Shown: positions 25,738-35,741, counted from the stretch's first letter. The stretch is DNA of 64,000 bases from Octopus vulgaris (GCA_951406725.2 OX597815.1:76384001-76448000); one strand, 5' to 3'. Notes: generated by a model not told the origin, from the sequence alone. A program made the numbers and translations.

Positions 25738-25914
25738 TTACATACATACATATATACATACATACATACATACATACACACACACATACATACATACATA
25801 CATACATACATACATACAAACATACATACATACGTACATACATACATACATACATACATACAAACATACATACATACATACATACATACATACATACATA
25901 CATACATACATACA

Positions 25915-25945
<31 letters not shown>
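25738..25945. repeat. (TACA)n microsatellite
   Basis: Directly visible. Confidence 0.95.
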
Positions 25946-25948
<3 letters not shown>

Positions 25949-26100
25949 CTTCATTTTTGTATCTGATTTGCAAGATTCTTTATGCGAATTTGTATGTTGA
26001 AGCAAATTTTGTTGTGTCTGGAATAGAGTCATATTGTTTTAATGCCTTATTATCCAACACACTCACTGGTTCAATTTCTATTAATTTATTATTCATATAT

Positions 26101-26543
26101 CAGAAACCATATTTAAGGGTGCATTGTTGAGAGCATGGATGATGCAATCACTGTTGGACAGGCACTTGTTTATATATTCAGTCTTGGCCTCATTGAGGTA
26201 AAGACCTCCTTATGAGAGCTCAAAATCTCTTGTGGAAGCATCATCCAACCAACATGCAAATATATGGGAAACTACCACCTGTGTCATCTCTTGTGAAAGG
26301 TAGGAGAGTCCAGTTTGCTGGACATTGATGTAGAGCTGAAAACGAGGCAATTTCTACTCTTCTCCTCTGGAAGCCATCTACTCACAACACCAGAGGGTGC
26401 ACACTTTCCTACCCTGATGTAATCTCCAGGGATACAGGCATCCAGCAACAGGACCTCTATAATGCTATGATGGACCGTGAAGTCTGGCGTAGTATGGTAA
26501 ATTCCATTGTCTCGACCATGGTCGAACAATGATGATGATGATG
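26101..26543 (+). mobile_element. 5'-truncated RTE-type LINE with (TGA)n tail and 10-bp TSD
   Basis: IYGKLPPVSSLVKGRRVQFAGH*CR...LLLWKP...MMDREVWRSMV; ATTCATATAT at 26091-26100 and 26544-26553. Confidence 0.85.
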
Positions 26544-26996
26544 ATTCATATATTTTTTTTATATTTATAAAATTTTAAAATATTTAAAAAATATTTATAT
26601 ACATATATTTTATATGTATTTCTTATATTTTTTCTCACACACACACATACACATATATATATATATACTCACACATATAGCAAATATAACAAATTATTTT
26701 GAAAGACACTGTATTCTTCACTTCTCTCTAACCCTCCCTTCTTCCTCCTGCCTCATATTTTTGTGCCCCAGGGCTTGAACATATTGAAGCACTAAAGGTG
26801 CCTTTTTCTCTTCTGTTCTCATAATGCCATTCTTTTCTTTTCTTTCTTTCCTTATTTTTTTCACTTCCACTCTTTCGCTTTCTTTTTCTCTCTCTCTTTC
26901 TTATCAATTTGCCATCTTCCTTCTACAAATTCACTTCTGTCCTTTTACACAAACCTGTTTCCTTTAAAGCCACAAAGTCTGGACTAAGAAACTTTT

Positions 26997-27033
<37 letters not shown>

Positions 27034-27247
27034 CAATAATAATTCTCTAAAAGGGATATAGACAGTAACTGCTCGATAACATAAGGGACTAAAGCCATCT
27101 GAATATGGCTAGGGACAGGGCAGGGTGGTGGGGGTGTTACTGTTGCATTTAGCCCCAGGCGAACATCGACGTCACCAGAAAGGCTCGACACCGTCACGGT
27201 GCCCTTAACCTGCAAAGGGAGGTAATTCCCCGATGAAGCGGAAACCA

Positions 27248-27293
27248 CACACAGACCATGGTTTCAAGGTGTATTGCCTATCATCGGCGTGTG
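27248..27293 (-). ncRNA. Type I hammerhead ribozyme (copy 1)
   Basis: CACACG-CCGAUGA-U-AGG-CAAUACA-CCU-U-GAAAC-CAUG-GUC/UGUGUG. Confidence 0.8.
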
Positions 27294-27606
27294 GTAGGCC
27301 TCCGCTTCCTCGACGAATTCTCACTCTGCAGGATTTTCTTATATAGATTTTCAAGCAAAATACATTTGCTGATTTCGAAAATCTGTTCGAAAGCAATAAT
27401 AATTCTCTAAAAGGGATATAGACAGTAACTGCTCGATAACATAAGGGACTAAAGCCATCTGAATATGGCTAGGGACAGGGCAGGGTGGTGGGGGTGTTAC
27501 TGTTGCATTTAGCCCCAGGCGAACATCGACGTCACCAGAAAGGCTCGACACCGTCACGGTGCCCTTAACCTGCAAAGGGAGGTAATTCCCGATGAAGCGG
27601 AAACCA

Positions 27607-27652
27607 CACACGGACCATGGTTTCAAGGTGTATTGCCTATCATCGGCGTGTG
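27607..27652 (-). ncRNA. Type I hammerhead ribozyme (copy 2)
   Basis: Same motif with a perfect stem I, CACACG/CGUGUG. Confidence 0.82.
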
Positions 27653-28254
27653 GTAGGCCTCCGCTTCCTCGACGAATTCTCACTCTGCAGGATTTTCTTA
27701 TATAGATTTTCAAGCAAAATACATTTGCTGATTTCGAAAATCTGTTCGAAAGCAATAATAATTCTCTAAAAGGGATATAGACAGTAACTGCTCGATAACA
27801 TAAGGGACTAAAGCCATCTGAATATGGCTAGGGACAGGGCAGGGTGGTGGGGGTGTTACTGTTGCATTTAGCCCCAGGCGAACATCGACGTCACCAGAAG
27901 GCTCGACACCGTCACGGTGCCCTTAACCTGCAAAGGGAGGTAGGTTTCCGCTTCATCGGGGAATTACCTCCTTTGCAGGTTAAGGGCACCGTGACGGTGT
28001 CGAGCCTTTCTGGTGACGTCGATGTTCGCCTGGGGCTAAATGCAACAGTAACACCCCCACCACCCTGCCCTGTCCCTAGCCATATTCAGATGGCTTTAGT
28101 CCCTTATGTTATCGAGCAGTTACTGTCTATATCCCTTTTAGAGAATTATTATTGCTTTCGAACAGATTTTCGAAATCAGCAAATGTATTTTGCTTGAAAA
28201 TCTATATAAGAAAATCCTGCAGAGTGAGAATTCGTCGAGGAAGCGGAGGCCTAC

Positions 28255-28300
28255 CACACGCCGATGATAGGCAATACACCTTGAAACCATGGTCCGTGTG
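28255..28300 (+). ncRNA. Type I hammerhead ribozyme (copy 3), predicted cleavage after C28294
   Basis: Stem I 28255-28260/28295-28300, core CCGAUGA (U4C variant) and GAAA, palindromic stem III loop CAUG, GUC triplet; stem I extends via GAAGCGGA/UCCGCUUC. Confidence 0.82.
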
Positions 28301-28316
28301 TGGTTTCCGCTTCATC

Positions 28317-28416
28317 GGGGAATTACCTCCCTTTGCAGGTTAAGGGCACCGTGACGGTGTCGAGCCTTTCTGGTGACGTCGATGTTCGCCTGGGGCTAAA
28401 TGCAACAGTAACACCC
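28317..28416 (+). ncRNA. Unidentified structured RNA motif downstream of the HHR
   Basis: Nested stems UUGCA/UGCAA, GGCACCG/CGGUGUC and AGCC/GGCU enclosing a UCGA-loop hairpin; covaries with the copies at 31415-31515 (-) and 34358-34463. Confidence 0.6.
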
Positions 28417-28468
28417 CCACCACCCTGCCCTGTCCCTAGCCATATTCAGATGGCTTTAGTCCCTTATG

Positions 28469-28540
<72 letters not shown>

Positions 28541-28541
28541 A

Positions 28542-28689
28542 GGTGCAGGAGTGGGTGTGTGGTAAGTAACTTGCTTATCAACCACATGGTTTCGGGTTCA
28601 GTCCCACTGCGTTGCACCTTGGGCAAGTGTCTTCAACTATAGCCTTGTGAGTGGATTCGGTAGATGGAAGCTGAAAGAAGTCCGTCATA

Positions 28690-28775
<86 letters not shown>

Positions 28776-28875
28776 GCCAGCGCTGCCCTGACTGGCTTCC
28801 ATGCCGCTAGCACGTAAAAAGCACCATCCGACCATGGCCGTTGCCAGCTTTGTCTGGTCTCTGTGCCGGTGGCAC
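28542..28875 (+). mobile_element. SINE family A head, (TA)n, then GGCACGTAAAAAGCACC-type repeat units
   Basis: Similarity to 12723-12885 and 11500-11670. Confidence 0.75.
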
Positions 28876-28989
28876 AAAAAAAGTGTAAAGGTTTTTCCGG
28901 AACCCATGCATGGTCCTGGGAAAAACCTTTACACTTTTTTTAAAAACTTAGGATTACCTTAGATTCGAACTTAACCAAAGCTAACTTCC

Positions 28990-29916
28990 TTGATGTACCA
29001 TAAACCAAATGAATCCCTTAGATACATAGACATTAATTCTAACCACCCCAAAAATATACTAGACAACCTAGTGAAAAGTGTCTCCATTGGGATATCTAGC
29101 CTCTCTGCCACCAAAGATATCTTTAATGCCGCAGTCCCCTATTACAACGAGGCCCTGGCCCGCAGTGGCTTTAAAGATAAGATCACCTACATTAGCATAG
29201 CCCCACGCCCACCCAAGAAAAATAGGCGAAGACACATTAGCTGGTACAACCCCCCCTTCAACCGTGAAGTTTCAACACCTGTAGCTAAAATTTTCTTCAC
29301 TCTCTTACAAAAACACTTCCCCACCCAACATAAGTACTATACAATCCTTAATAAGAACACCATTAGACTCTCCTACTCCACCACACCCAATCTAGCTAGG
29401 AACCTAGCCAACAACGTCAAAAAACTTAATAAATCTACTTTTTCCGAAGCCCATCCAGCATCCGACAGCAATTGCAACTGCCCTGATAAGACTACTTGCC
29501 CCCTCAACAACAACTGCCTACAGAAAGATCTCGTCTACATATGCGATGTACGATCAGGCCCCGATGATAAAAGAAAATCGTACATCGGAATGACCTCAAA
29601 TAGTTTTAAGACCCGCTGGTACGCCCACACACACTCGTTCCGGCGACCTGACAAATCTAACCAGACTACTCTCGCCGCCCATATCTGGCACCTTAAAAGG
29701 ACCTCCATCTCCTTCAAGATCAAGTGGAGACTACTCCAGAGAGCGTGTTCTTACACAGGAGGCCATACCTGCTGTGACCTTTGCATTTCTGAGAGCTTGG
29801 AGATCTTATTCGTCAAAGGCCCTCTCCTCAACAAGATCTCGGAACACTCCCCAAACTGTATGCACAAAATCTATGCAAACTACAAAAATTACAGACCCAC
29901 CCGGCAACCCGATTGA
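28990..29916 (+). CDS. PLE (Naiad-type) RT thumb/linker + GIY-YIG endonuclease, N-terminally truncated
   Basis: YHKPN...SNHP, WYNPPF, KHFP, RLSYS, CNCPDKTTCPLNNNC, LVYIC...SYIGMT...FKTRW, CDLCISE, LLNK.SE...C.H. Confidence 0.9.
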   Translation: MMYHKPNESLRYIDINSNHPKNILDNLVKSVSIGISSLSATKDIFNAAVPYYNEALARSGFKDKITYISIAPRPPKKNRRRHISWYNPPFNREVSTPVAKIFFTLLQKHFPTQHKYYTILNKNTIRLSYSTTPNLARNLANNVKKLNKSTFSEAHPASDSNCNCPDKTTCPLNNNCLQKDLVYICDVRSGPDDKRKSYIGMTSNSFKTRWYAHTHSFRRPDKSNQTTLAAHIWHLKRTSISFKIKWRLLQRACSYTGGHTCCDLCISESLEILFVKGPLLNKISEHSPNCMHKIYANYKNYRPTRQPD

Positions 29917-30155
29917 CGACACCCCACCCACAAAACCCCCACCCCCACCGTTCCTTCATCACCCCCAATTACCTTCTCTCCTAAGACTATATACATGTGT
30001 ACAGATGTGTGCATGTGTGTGTGTGCACATATATATAAGTGCATATATGTAAATGTATGTGTGTGTGCATATGTATATGTACATATGTATGTGTAGGCGT
30101 GTATACGTGTGTATGTGTATATGTGTGCATGTTTGTATATGTATATATATGTGTA

Positions 30156-30520
30156 CTAGCAGTATCGCCCGGCGTTGCTCAGGTTTGTAAGGGAAATAAC
30201 TATAAAGCATTTTTAGAGAGTTATAGCCAAAAAATAGCAAAAAAATGGAAAAAAAATTATGGGAAATTTTTTTGAGTTAAAAAAGGTCGAGTTGCGTCCC
30301 CTAGACAGTCTGTGGTTTGTGTTTCTGATTCTCGACCCCATGTCGAATTTATCGATTTTTTTCAGAACTGGGGGAACTTTTCAAAATTTTCGCTACGTTA
30401 GTTTTGAATTATGACATTGGGCTATGTGTGTGTCAAGTTTCATCAGAATCGGTTGAAAGCCGTGGTCAGGGTGAGGGTACAAGCAAACAGACACACAGAA
30501 ACACGCACAGACAAACTGCC

Positions 30521-30530
<10 letters not shown>
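30156..30530 (-). mobile_element. Non-autonomous Helitron
   Basis: 3' end ...GAGCAACGCCGGGCGATACTGCTAG|T shared with 45706-46724. Confidence 0.75.
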
Positions 30531-30566
<36 letters not shown>

Positions 30567-30905
30567 GTATGTGTGTGTGTATATGTATGTATATGTGCAT
30601 ATGTTTGTATGTGTGTGTATGTATTTATGTATATGTGTGCGTGTACACGAGTATATATTTATATGTATGTATATGCATATGTATATGTTTATGTATGTAT
30701 ATATATATATGTGTGCATGAGTGTATATCGATATGTGTGTATGTATGTATGTATATGTGTATATGTATATATATGTATGCATGTATGTATTTATGTATAT
30801 ATATATATATGTGTGTGTGTGTATGTGTATGTATGTGTATATGCATGTATATATTTATGTATGCGTATGTGTTTATATATACATATCCTTGTATATTTGT
30901 GTATG

Positions 30906-30998
<93 letters not shown>

Positions 30999-31321
30999 AT
31001 GGACTTGTATATTTTTGTAGTGGTATATATGTATGTGTATATGTGTAGATATGTATATGTATGTACGTGTATGTATGTGTATGTATGTATAGATGCTTAT
31101 ATATGCGTATGTATATTTATATGCACATATGTTTTTATATGTGCATTTGCGTTTATATATGCATGCATATATTTATGTGTGTGTTTATGTTTACAGAAGT
31201 ATATTTATATATGTGTTTATATATGCATAGTTATATATATGTTTATATGAATGTGGGTACATTTATGTATGTATGCATATGTGTATTTGTATGTGTATAT
31301 ATGTATATATGGATGTATATG

Positions 31322-31364
<43 letters not shown>

Positions 31365-31746
31365 CATAAGGGACTAAAGCCATCTGAATATGGCTAGGGA
31401 CAGGGCAGGGTGGTGGGGGTGTTACTGTTGCATTTAGCCCCAGGCGAACATCAACGTCGCCAGATAGGCTTGACACCATCATGGCGTCCTCTATCCTGCA
31501 AAAGGAGATAATTCCCCCCCCCCCGATGCTTTGTGTGTGTGTGTGTGTGTGTGTGTGTCTGTGTGATTGGAGTAGGGGAGAGAGACAAATAGAGAAAAGG
31601 GAAAATAAAAATAAAAATAAAAATAAAAATAAGGGAGGAAGATGAGAGGAAAAAAATATATATGTGTGTGTGTATATATGGGTATATGTGTATGTGTATA
31701 TATATATGTGCGTGTGTGTGCGTGTATATATGTATATGTATATGTG

Positions 31747-31793
<47 letters not shown>

Positions 31794-31900
31794 ATGTGTA
31801 TTTGTATGTATGTGTGTGTGTTTGTATGTATATACATGTGCGTATGTATGTATATATATGTATATTCGCATGTGTATGTATGTGTGTTTGTATGTATATT
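30525..31900. repeat. Expanded (TA)/(TG)/(TATG) low-complexity region
   Basis: Directly visible; source of the spurious YIC/VCM ORFs. Confidence 0.9.
31363..31530 (-). mobile_element. Diverged ~170-nt partial copy of the 360-nt unit (structured motif + 3' hairpin, no HHR)
   Basis: Identical to the unit over 31363-31452; substitutions in the rest preserve pairing. Confidence 0.88.
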
Positions 31901-32248
31901 TATTTTATATGTCTTTTCATGTATATTTATCTACTTCTTCCCTCCACTTAACAATAACAAACTGAATACCTCCTCTTGACCACCAAAAAGCAATTGTCTT
32001 CTAATTTACCTAAAACCCTACCCCATATATCTGATTCTATTCAATTATTCTATTTATTCATTTATTTACTTTCTCACTGATTCTTCTCATTTCAAAAAAC
32101 TCTCTGGCCTTTTGACCACTCCCCTAAGAACAATAGCCTGTGCCCTATTTATCTCCTAAATACCAACTTACCCAAAAAACGTCCCCCACCACCACCACCC
32201 CATTAAATCTGCCTAAATTTATAAATACCAGACCTTATTTTGACAGCC

Positions 32249-32299
32249 AGCTTCCTGAAGATTTCATCTGAATGAAACAGTTCTAGTCCTGTAGAAGCT
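32249..32299 (+). ncRNA. Type I hammerhead ribozyme, predicted cleavage after A32293
   Basis: AGCUUC-CUGAAGA-U-UUC-AUCU-GAA-U-GAAA-CAG-uucuaguc-CUG-UA-GAAGCU. Confidence 0.82.
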
Positions 32300-32322
32300 C
32301 CTTCTATAAAATAAATATATAT

Positions 32323-32735
32323 AGGCGCAGGAGTGGCTGTGTGGTAAGTAGCTTGCTAACCAGCCACATGGTTCCGGGTTCAGTCCCACTGCGTGGCATC
32401 TTGGGCAAGTGTCTTCTGCTATAGCCCCGGGCTGACCAATGCCTTGTGAGTGGATTTGGTAGTCGGAAACTGAAAGAAGCCTGTCGTATATATGTATATA
32501 TATGTATGTGTGTGTTTGTTTGTGTATCTGTGTTTGTCCCCTTAGCATTGCTTGACAGCCGATGCTGGTGTGTTTAGGTCCCCGTCACTTAGCGGTTTGG
32601 CAAAAGAGACCGATAGAATAAGTACTGGGCTTACAAAGAATAAGTCCCGGGGTCGATTTGCTTGACTAAAGGCGGTGCTCCAGCATGGCCGCAGTCAAAT
32701 GACTGAAACAAGTAAAAGAGTAAAAGAGTAAGAGT
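32323..32735 (+). mobile_element. SINE family A, full length, young
   Basis: Colinear with 12723-13110; CpGs retained. Confidence 0.92.
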
Positions 32736-32742
32736 ATATATA

Positions 32743-32810
<68 letters not shown>

Positions 32811-33427
32811 ATTGACAGGCTTCTTCCGGCAGTTTCCATCTACCAGATACACTCATAAAGTTTTGGTTGGCACCTGGTGGCTTTAGTAGAAAAGACTGAA
32901 CTTGAAAAGTGCAACTGGGAAGCATGTCAATCAATTTCACAATGATAATAATGATGATGATGATGATGATGATGATGTTGGTTATGATGATGATATCAAT
33001 CATGATGACAATGATGATAAAATAACATTTATCTGTTCCCCAATACTTTATCACACCAAAGCCTATCTTCCGTTTTCACTTTTCTAGCCTTTAATCCATG
33101 AAACAGCTGTTGAAGACCTCTTTTGTTTGTAATTCTAGGTTTATACACATATAAACATATATAGGTTTAAAAAGTTATTTGCAAAATAATTAGTAATTAA
33201 TTGATTTCAACCATCTGTTTATACAGATCATATTTCACTGGAAAATTTTATTCACTTGGCCCAAAATTTATGGAACAATAAAATAATATGAACTAATTTA
33301 TTGTGAAAAAGTCAGAAGGCATGAGAAGTGCTAATATTTTTGAACTCTATCTTTTATCTTTCACTTGTTTTAGTCATTGATCTGTGGCCATACTGTGGCA
33401 TCACCTTGAAGAGTTTTAGTTGAACAA

Positions 33428-34260
33428 ATGTGGAAGTTTCTGGAGAAATGTAAACCATACTTCAATAGCAACAGGAAGTGCAGGTTGTGCCTGGCTGAGA
33501 AGAGAGCAGTTTTAAAGGGTACCCAGTGCTTAGATATTTACCTGAATAGCAGAAGTGAAGTGCTTGATCTTTGCCCACATGAAAGGAAGTACACTCTATC
33601 ATATCTGTGTGCCCCATCATGACTACAACCACCAATACCCCAACCTCAGCATTCCACCAATACACTTGAGCCCAGCAAAGAGTTTGACCAGAGCAGACAC
33701 CAATGCACCCACATACATACAAGCATGCCCCAACAAAGCAGACACCTATCAAACAGCTTGTCTTCCACCACTCCCAACATATACCCATACACACACTGCA
33801 CTCTAACATAAAGCTCTCATGACCTTAGCCAATACAGAAAGAAAACAGACTAATGAACACAATTATATATACCTGCACCTCTGGAAAAAATTATACATAT
33901 GAAACCATTACACACCACAAATTACATTCCTACAGAAGCACCACACTTAATAATGTACACATTTCCCACAAACACTACAAGATAACTCTTAATAGCTTTA
34001 CAGTGAATCTAACCAAGGGTCATGACTCCTAACCTAGTCCTCTGCTCATTTTCATTTCACCATCTTTTTTACAGCAACCACAAACTGAATGTGTCCATTC
34101 ACCTCTGACAAGAGAGAGCAGTCCCCATATTCCTTTTGATATTGGCTAACTCTAATAAGTATAGGGTTATTTAATTGATTGTTGCCTAACACTCCATTGT
34201 ATTCCTAGCGAAACCAATTGGTAAGACCAGCCATGATGGATATATAATACTATACATTTT
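33428..34260 (+). mobile_element. 3' fragment of a second Naiad-type PLE with a 3' UTR/pLTR remnant
   Basis: WKFLEKCKPY...KCRLCLAEKRAVL...LNSRSEVLDLCPHERKYTL; GAAACCAATTGGTA HHR-like half at 34210-34223. Confidence 0.75.
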
Positions 34261-34280
34261 AGATAATATATATATATATA

Positions 34281-34499
34281 GCAAGACTTACTACCCTGGA
34301 CTGATGACGAGCAATACACTCAGAAACATATGTCTTTAGGTGCTAGTCCCAGCTGGCGGGGGTGATTGCCTCCCCTTTGCAAATATAAGGACACAGAAAA
34401 TGTGTCAAAGCCGACAGGAAACATCGATGTTTCCTAGGGCTAAATGGCAGTGGTGTAATTCCCTTACAGGACTGTCAAGTTGAGTTGACAGTATACAAC

Positions 34500-34503
<4 letters not shown>
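34281..34503 (+). mobile_element. Diverged relative of the 360-nt unit (HHR + structured motif + 3' hairpin) between (TA)n tracts
   Basis: Same module order; same loop CAAUACA, CCTCCC..TTTGCA, AGCC...GGGCTAAATG. Confidence 0.75.
34295..34340 (+). ncRNA. Type I hammerhead ribozyme, predicted cleavage after C34334
   Basis: CCUGGA-CUGAUGA-C-GAG-CAAUACA-CUC-A-GAAAC-AUAU-GUC-UUUAGG. Confidence 0.82.
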
Positions 34504-34555
<52 letters not shown>

Positions 34556-34574
34556 GCAACAAATTAATTTGATT

Positions 34575-34950
34575 GTTTCTCATCAGTGGTAATGGGTATG
34601 AAGCTGAAAGTGTATCTTGAGTACTAGATTTGCAAACTCCTTATCAATGGTCCATTGATGTTCTCTTTCTTTTTTATTTTGTATTTATCTAATCCCATTT
34701 GTGTCCAGGGGACAACTGATATCCAAAACTGAACATATTTTTTCTTTGTGATCCCACACAACAATATCTGACCAGCTGTGTTTTAACTTGGTAGCTATTT
34801 AAATTTTGATACCCCACCAGTATTCTTTTGACCCATAGGTCTTAATACATGCAATTTTGTTTGTTTTCCATTATTCTGTTTCAGATCAGCCTGACCACTC
34901 ACTGTACCATGCCTCATAGGAAGACTATATCAGGAAGAATTCTCTCATAG
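34575..34950 (-). mobile_element. R4/Dong-like (RLE) LINE fragment
   Basis: LPMRHGTV...EYWWGIKI...KHSWSDIVVWDHKEKICSVLDISCPLD. Confidence 0.7.
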
Positions 34951-35054
34951 TTGGCAATACATACATACATACATACATACATACATACATACGTACATAC
35001 GTACATACGTACATACATACATACATACTTACATACATACATACATACATAATG

Positions 35055-35640
35055 ACATAATGATTTGGGATAGAGAAGAGAAACTGTGTACAGTTGTGGA
35101 AATCAGCTACCCAGTGGATGTTAGCATAAAGACAAAGATCAGCAAAAAAGAAAATACATATGCCAAACAATTGAGAAGTCTACAGTTACTCTACTCAGAT
35201 TACAACTCCAGGTTTATACCAGTAATTATTGGGGAACTAGGATATGTAACACACTGCCTAAATAGCAATCTTGAGAAATTAGGATTCTCAAAACCAGAAA
35301 GGAGAAAGCTGATTTGAAGACTACAGATCCAAACCATCACTGAAACTATAAAATTTTGTAAAACTTTTCAGAAGTTTATCATTTAAGTATATATGAGCAT
35401 ATCTAGATATGTAATTCTATGCATGAGAATATATACATAAAACATACAAATCTGCACATACATACATGCATACATACATACATACATACATACATACATA
35501 CATACATACATACATACATACATACATACATACATACTCTGTTGATATTGTTAAAATTCCAATGAAGGAGCCTTGGATCTATGTTAGAAAGCAGCTCTTT
35601 CTCTATTGGCAAGAAATCTTGAAATAAAACTGAAGAATGA
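35055..35640 (+). mobile_element. R4/Dong-like (RLE) LINE 3' end embedded in (TACA)n
   Basis: IWDREEKLCTVVEISYP...KKENTY...FIPVIIGELGYV...LEKLGF; the 3' UTR is shared with 55875-56230 and 43200-43410. Confidence 0.8.
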
Positions 35641-35709
35641 CATACATACACACATGTATATACATACAAACGTACATACACACACATGCATACATACATG
35701 CTTGTATGC

Positions 35710-35741
<32 letters not shown>

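Larger units (their letters stand above)
27032..28469. mobile_element. Retrozyme/pLTR-like array of a ~360-nt HHR unit: ~2.5 tandem units on the minus strand (27942->27032) abutting ~1.5 units on the plus strand (27943->28469), between (TA)n tracts
   Basis: Unit starts at 27032, 27392 and 27751; copies are near-identical; inversion point at ~27942; one HHR per complete unit. Confidence 0.88.
28876..32320 (+). mobile_element. 5'-truncated Naiad-type Penelope-like element with nested insertions and a 3' HHR
   Basis: 5' foldback, RT thumb remnant (KNLYTFFKNLGL...NFLD), ORF 28990-29916 and HHR at 32249-32299. Linkage across the nested repeats is inferred. Confidence 0.7.

Noticed and set aside
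27230-27296. Plus-strand hammerhead reading (CCGAUGA-AGCG-GAAA-CCACAC...GUGUGG-UA)
   Set aside because: No stem II and poor stem I; it arises from the symmetry of the true minus-strand HHR and its extended stem.
28317-28416. HDV-like ribozyme assignment based on GGCUAAAUG
   Set aside because: Stem order does not give the nested double pseudoknot and there is no L3 UCC motif in the right place.
27032-28469. CRISPR-like array
   Set aside because: Contiguous long units with no unique spacers, no cas genes and a eukaryotic context.
26964-28542. ORFs across the 360-nt unit; possible endless ORF on a circle
   Set aside because: The track ORFs end at stops within the unit, one unit is 359 nt, and no protein motif is recognisable.
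28990-29916. Selenoprotein-type Naiad (in-frame UGA + SECIS)
   Set aside because: No internal UGA in the surviving ORF and no convincing SECIS seen downstream.
30393-31979. Long YI/VC/HT-rich ORFs (up to 279 aa)
   Set aside because: Dinucleotide-repeat artefacts; the same applies to 4983-5638, 21372-22308 and 56507-57237.
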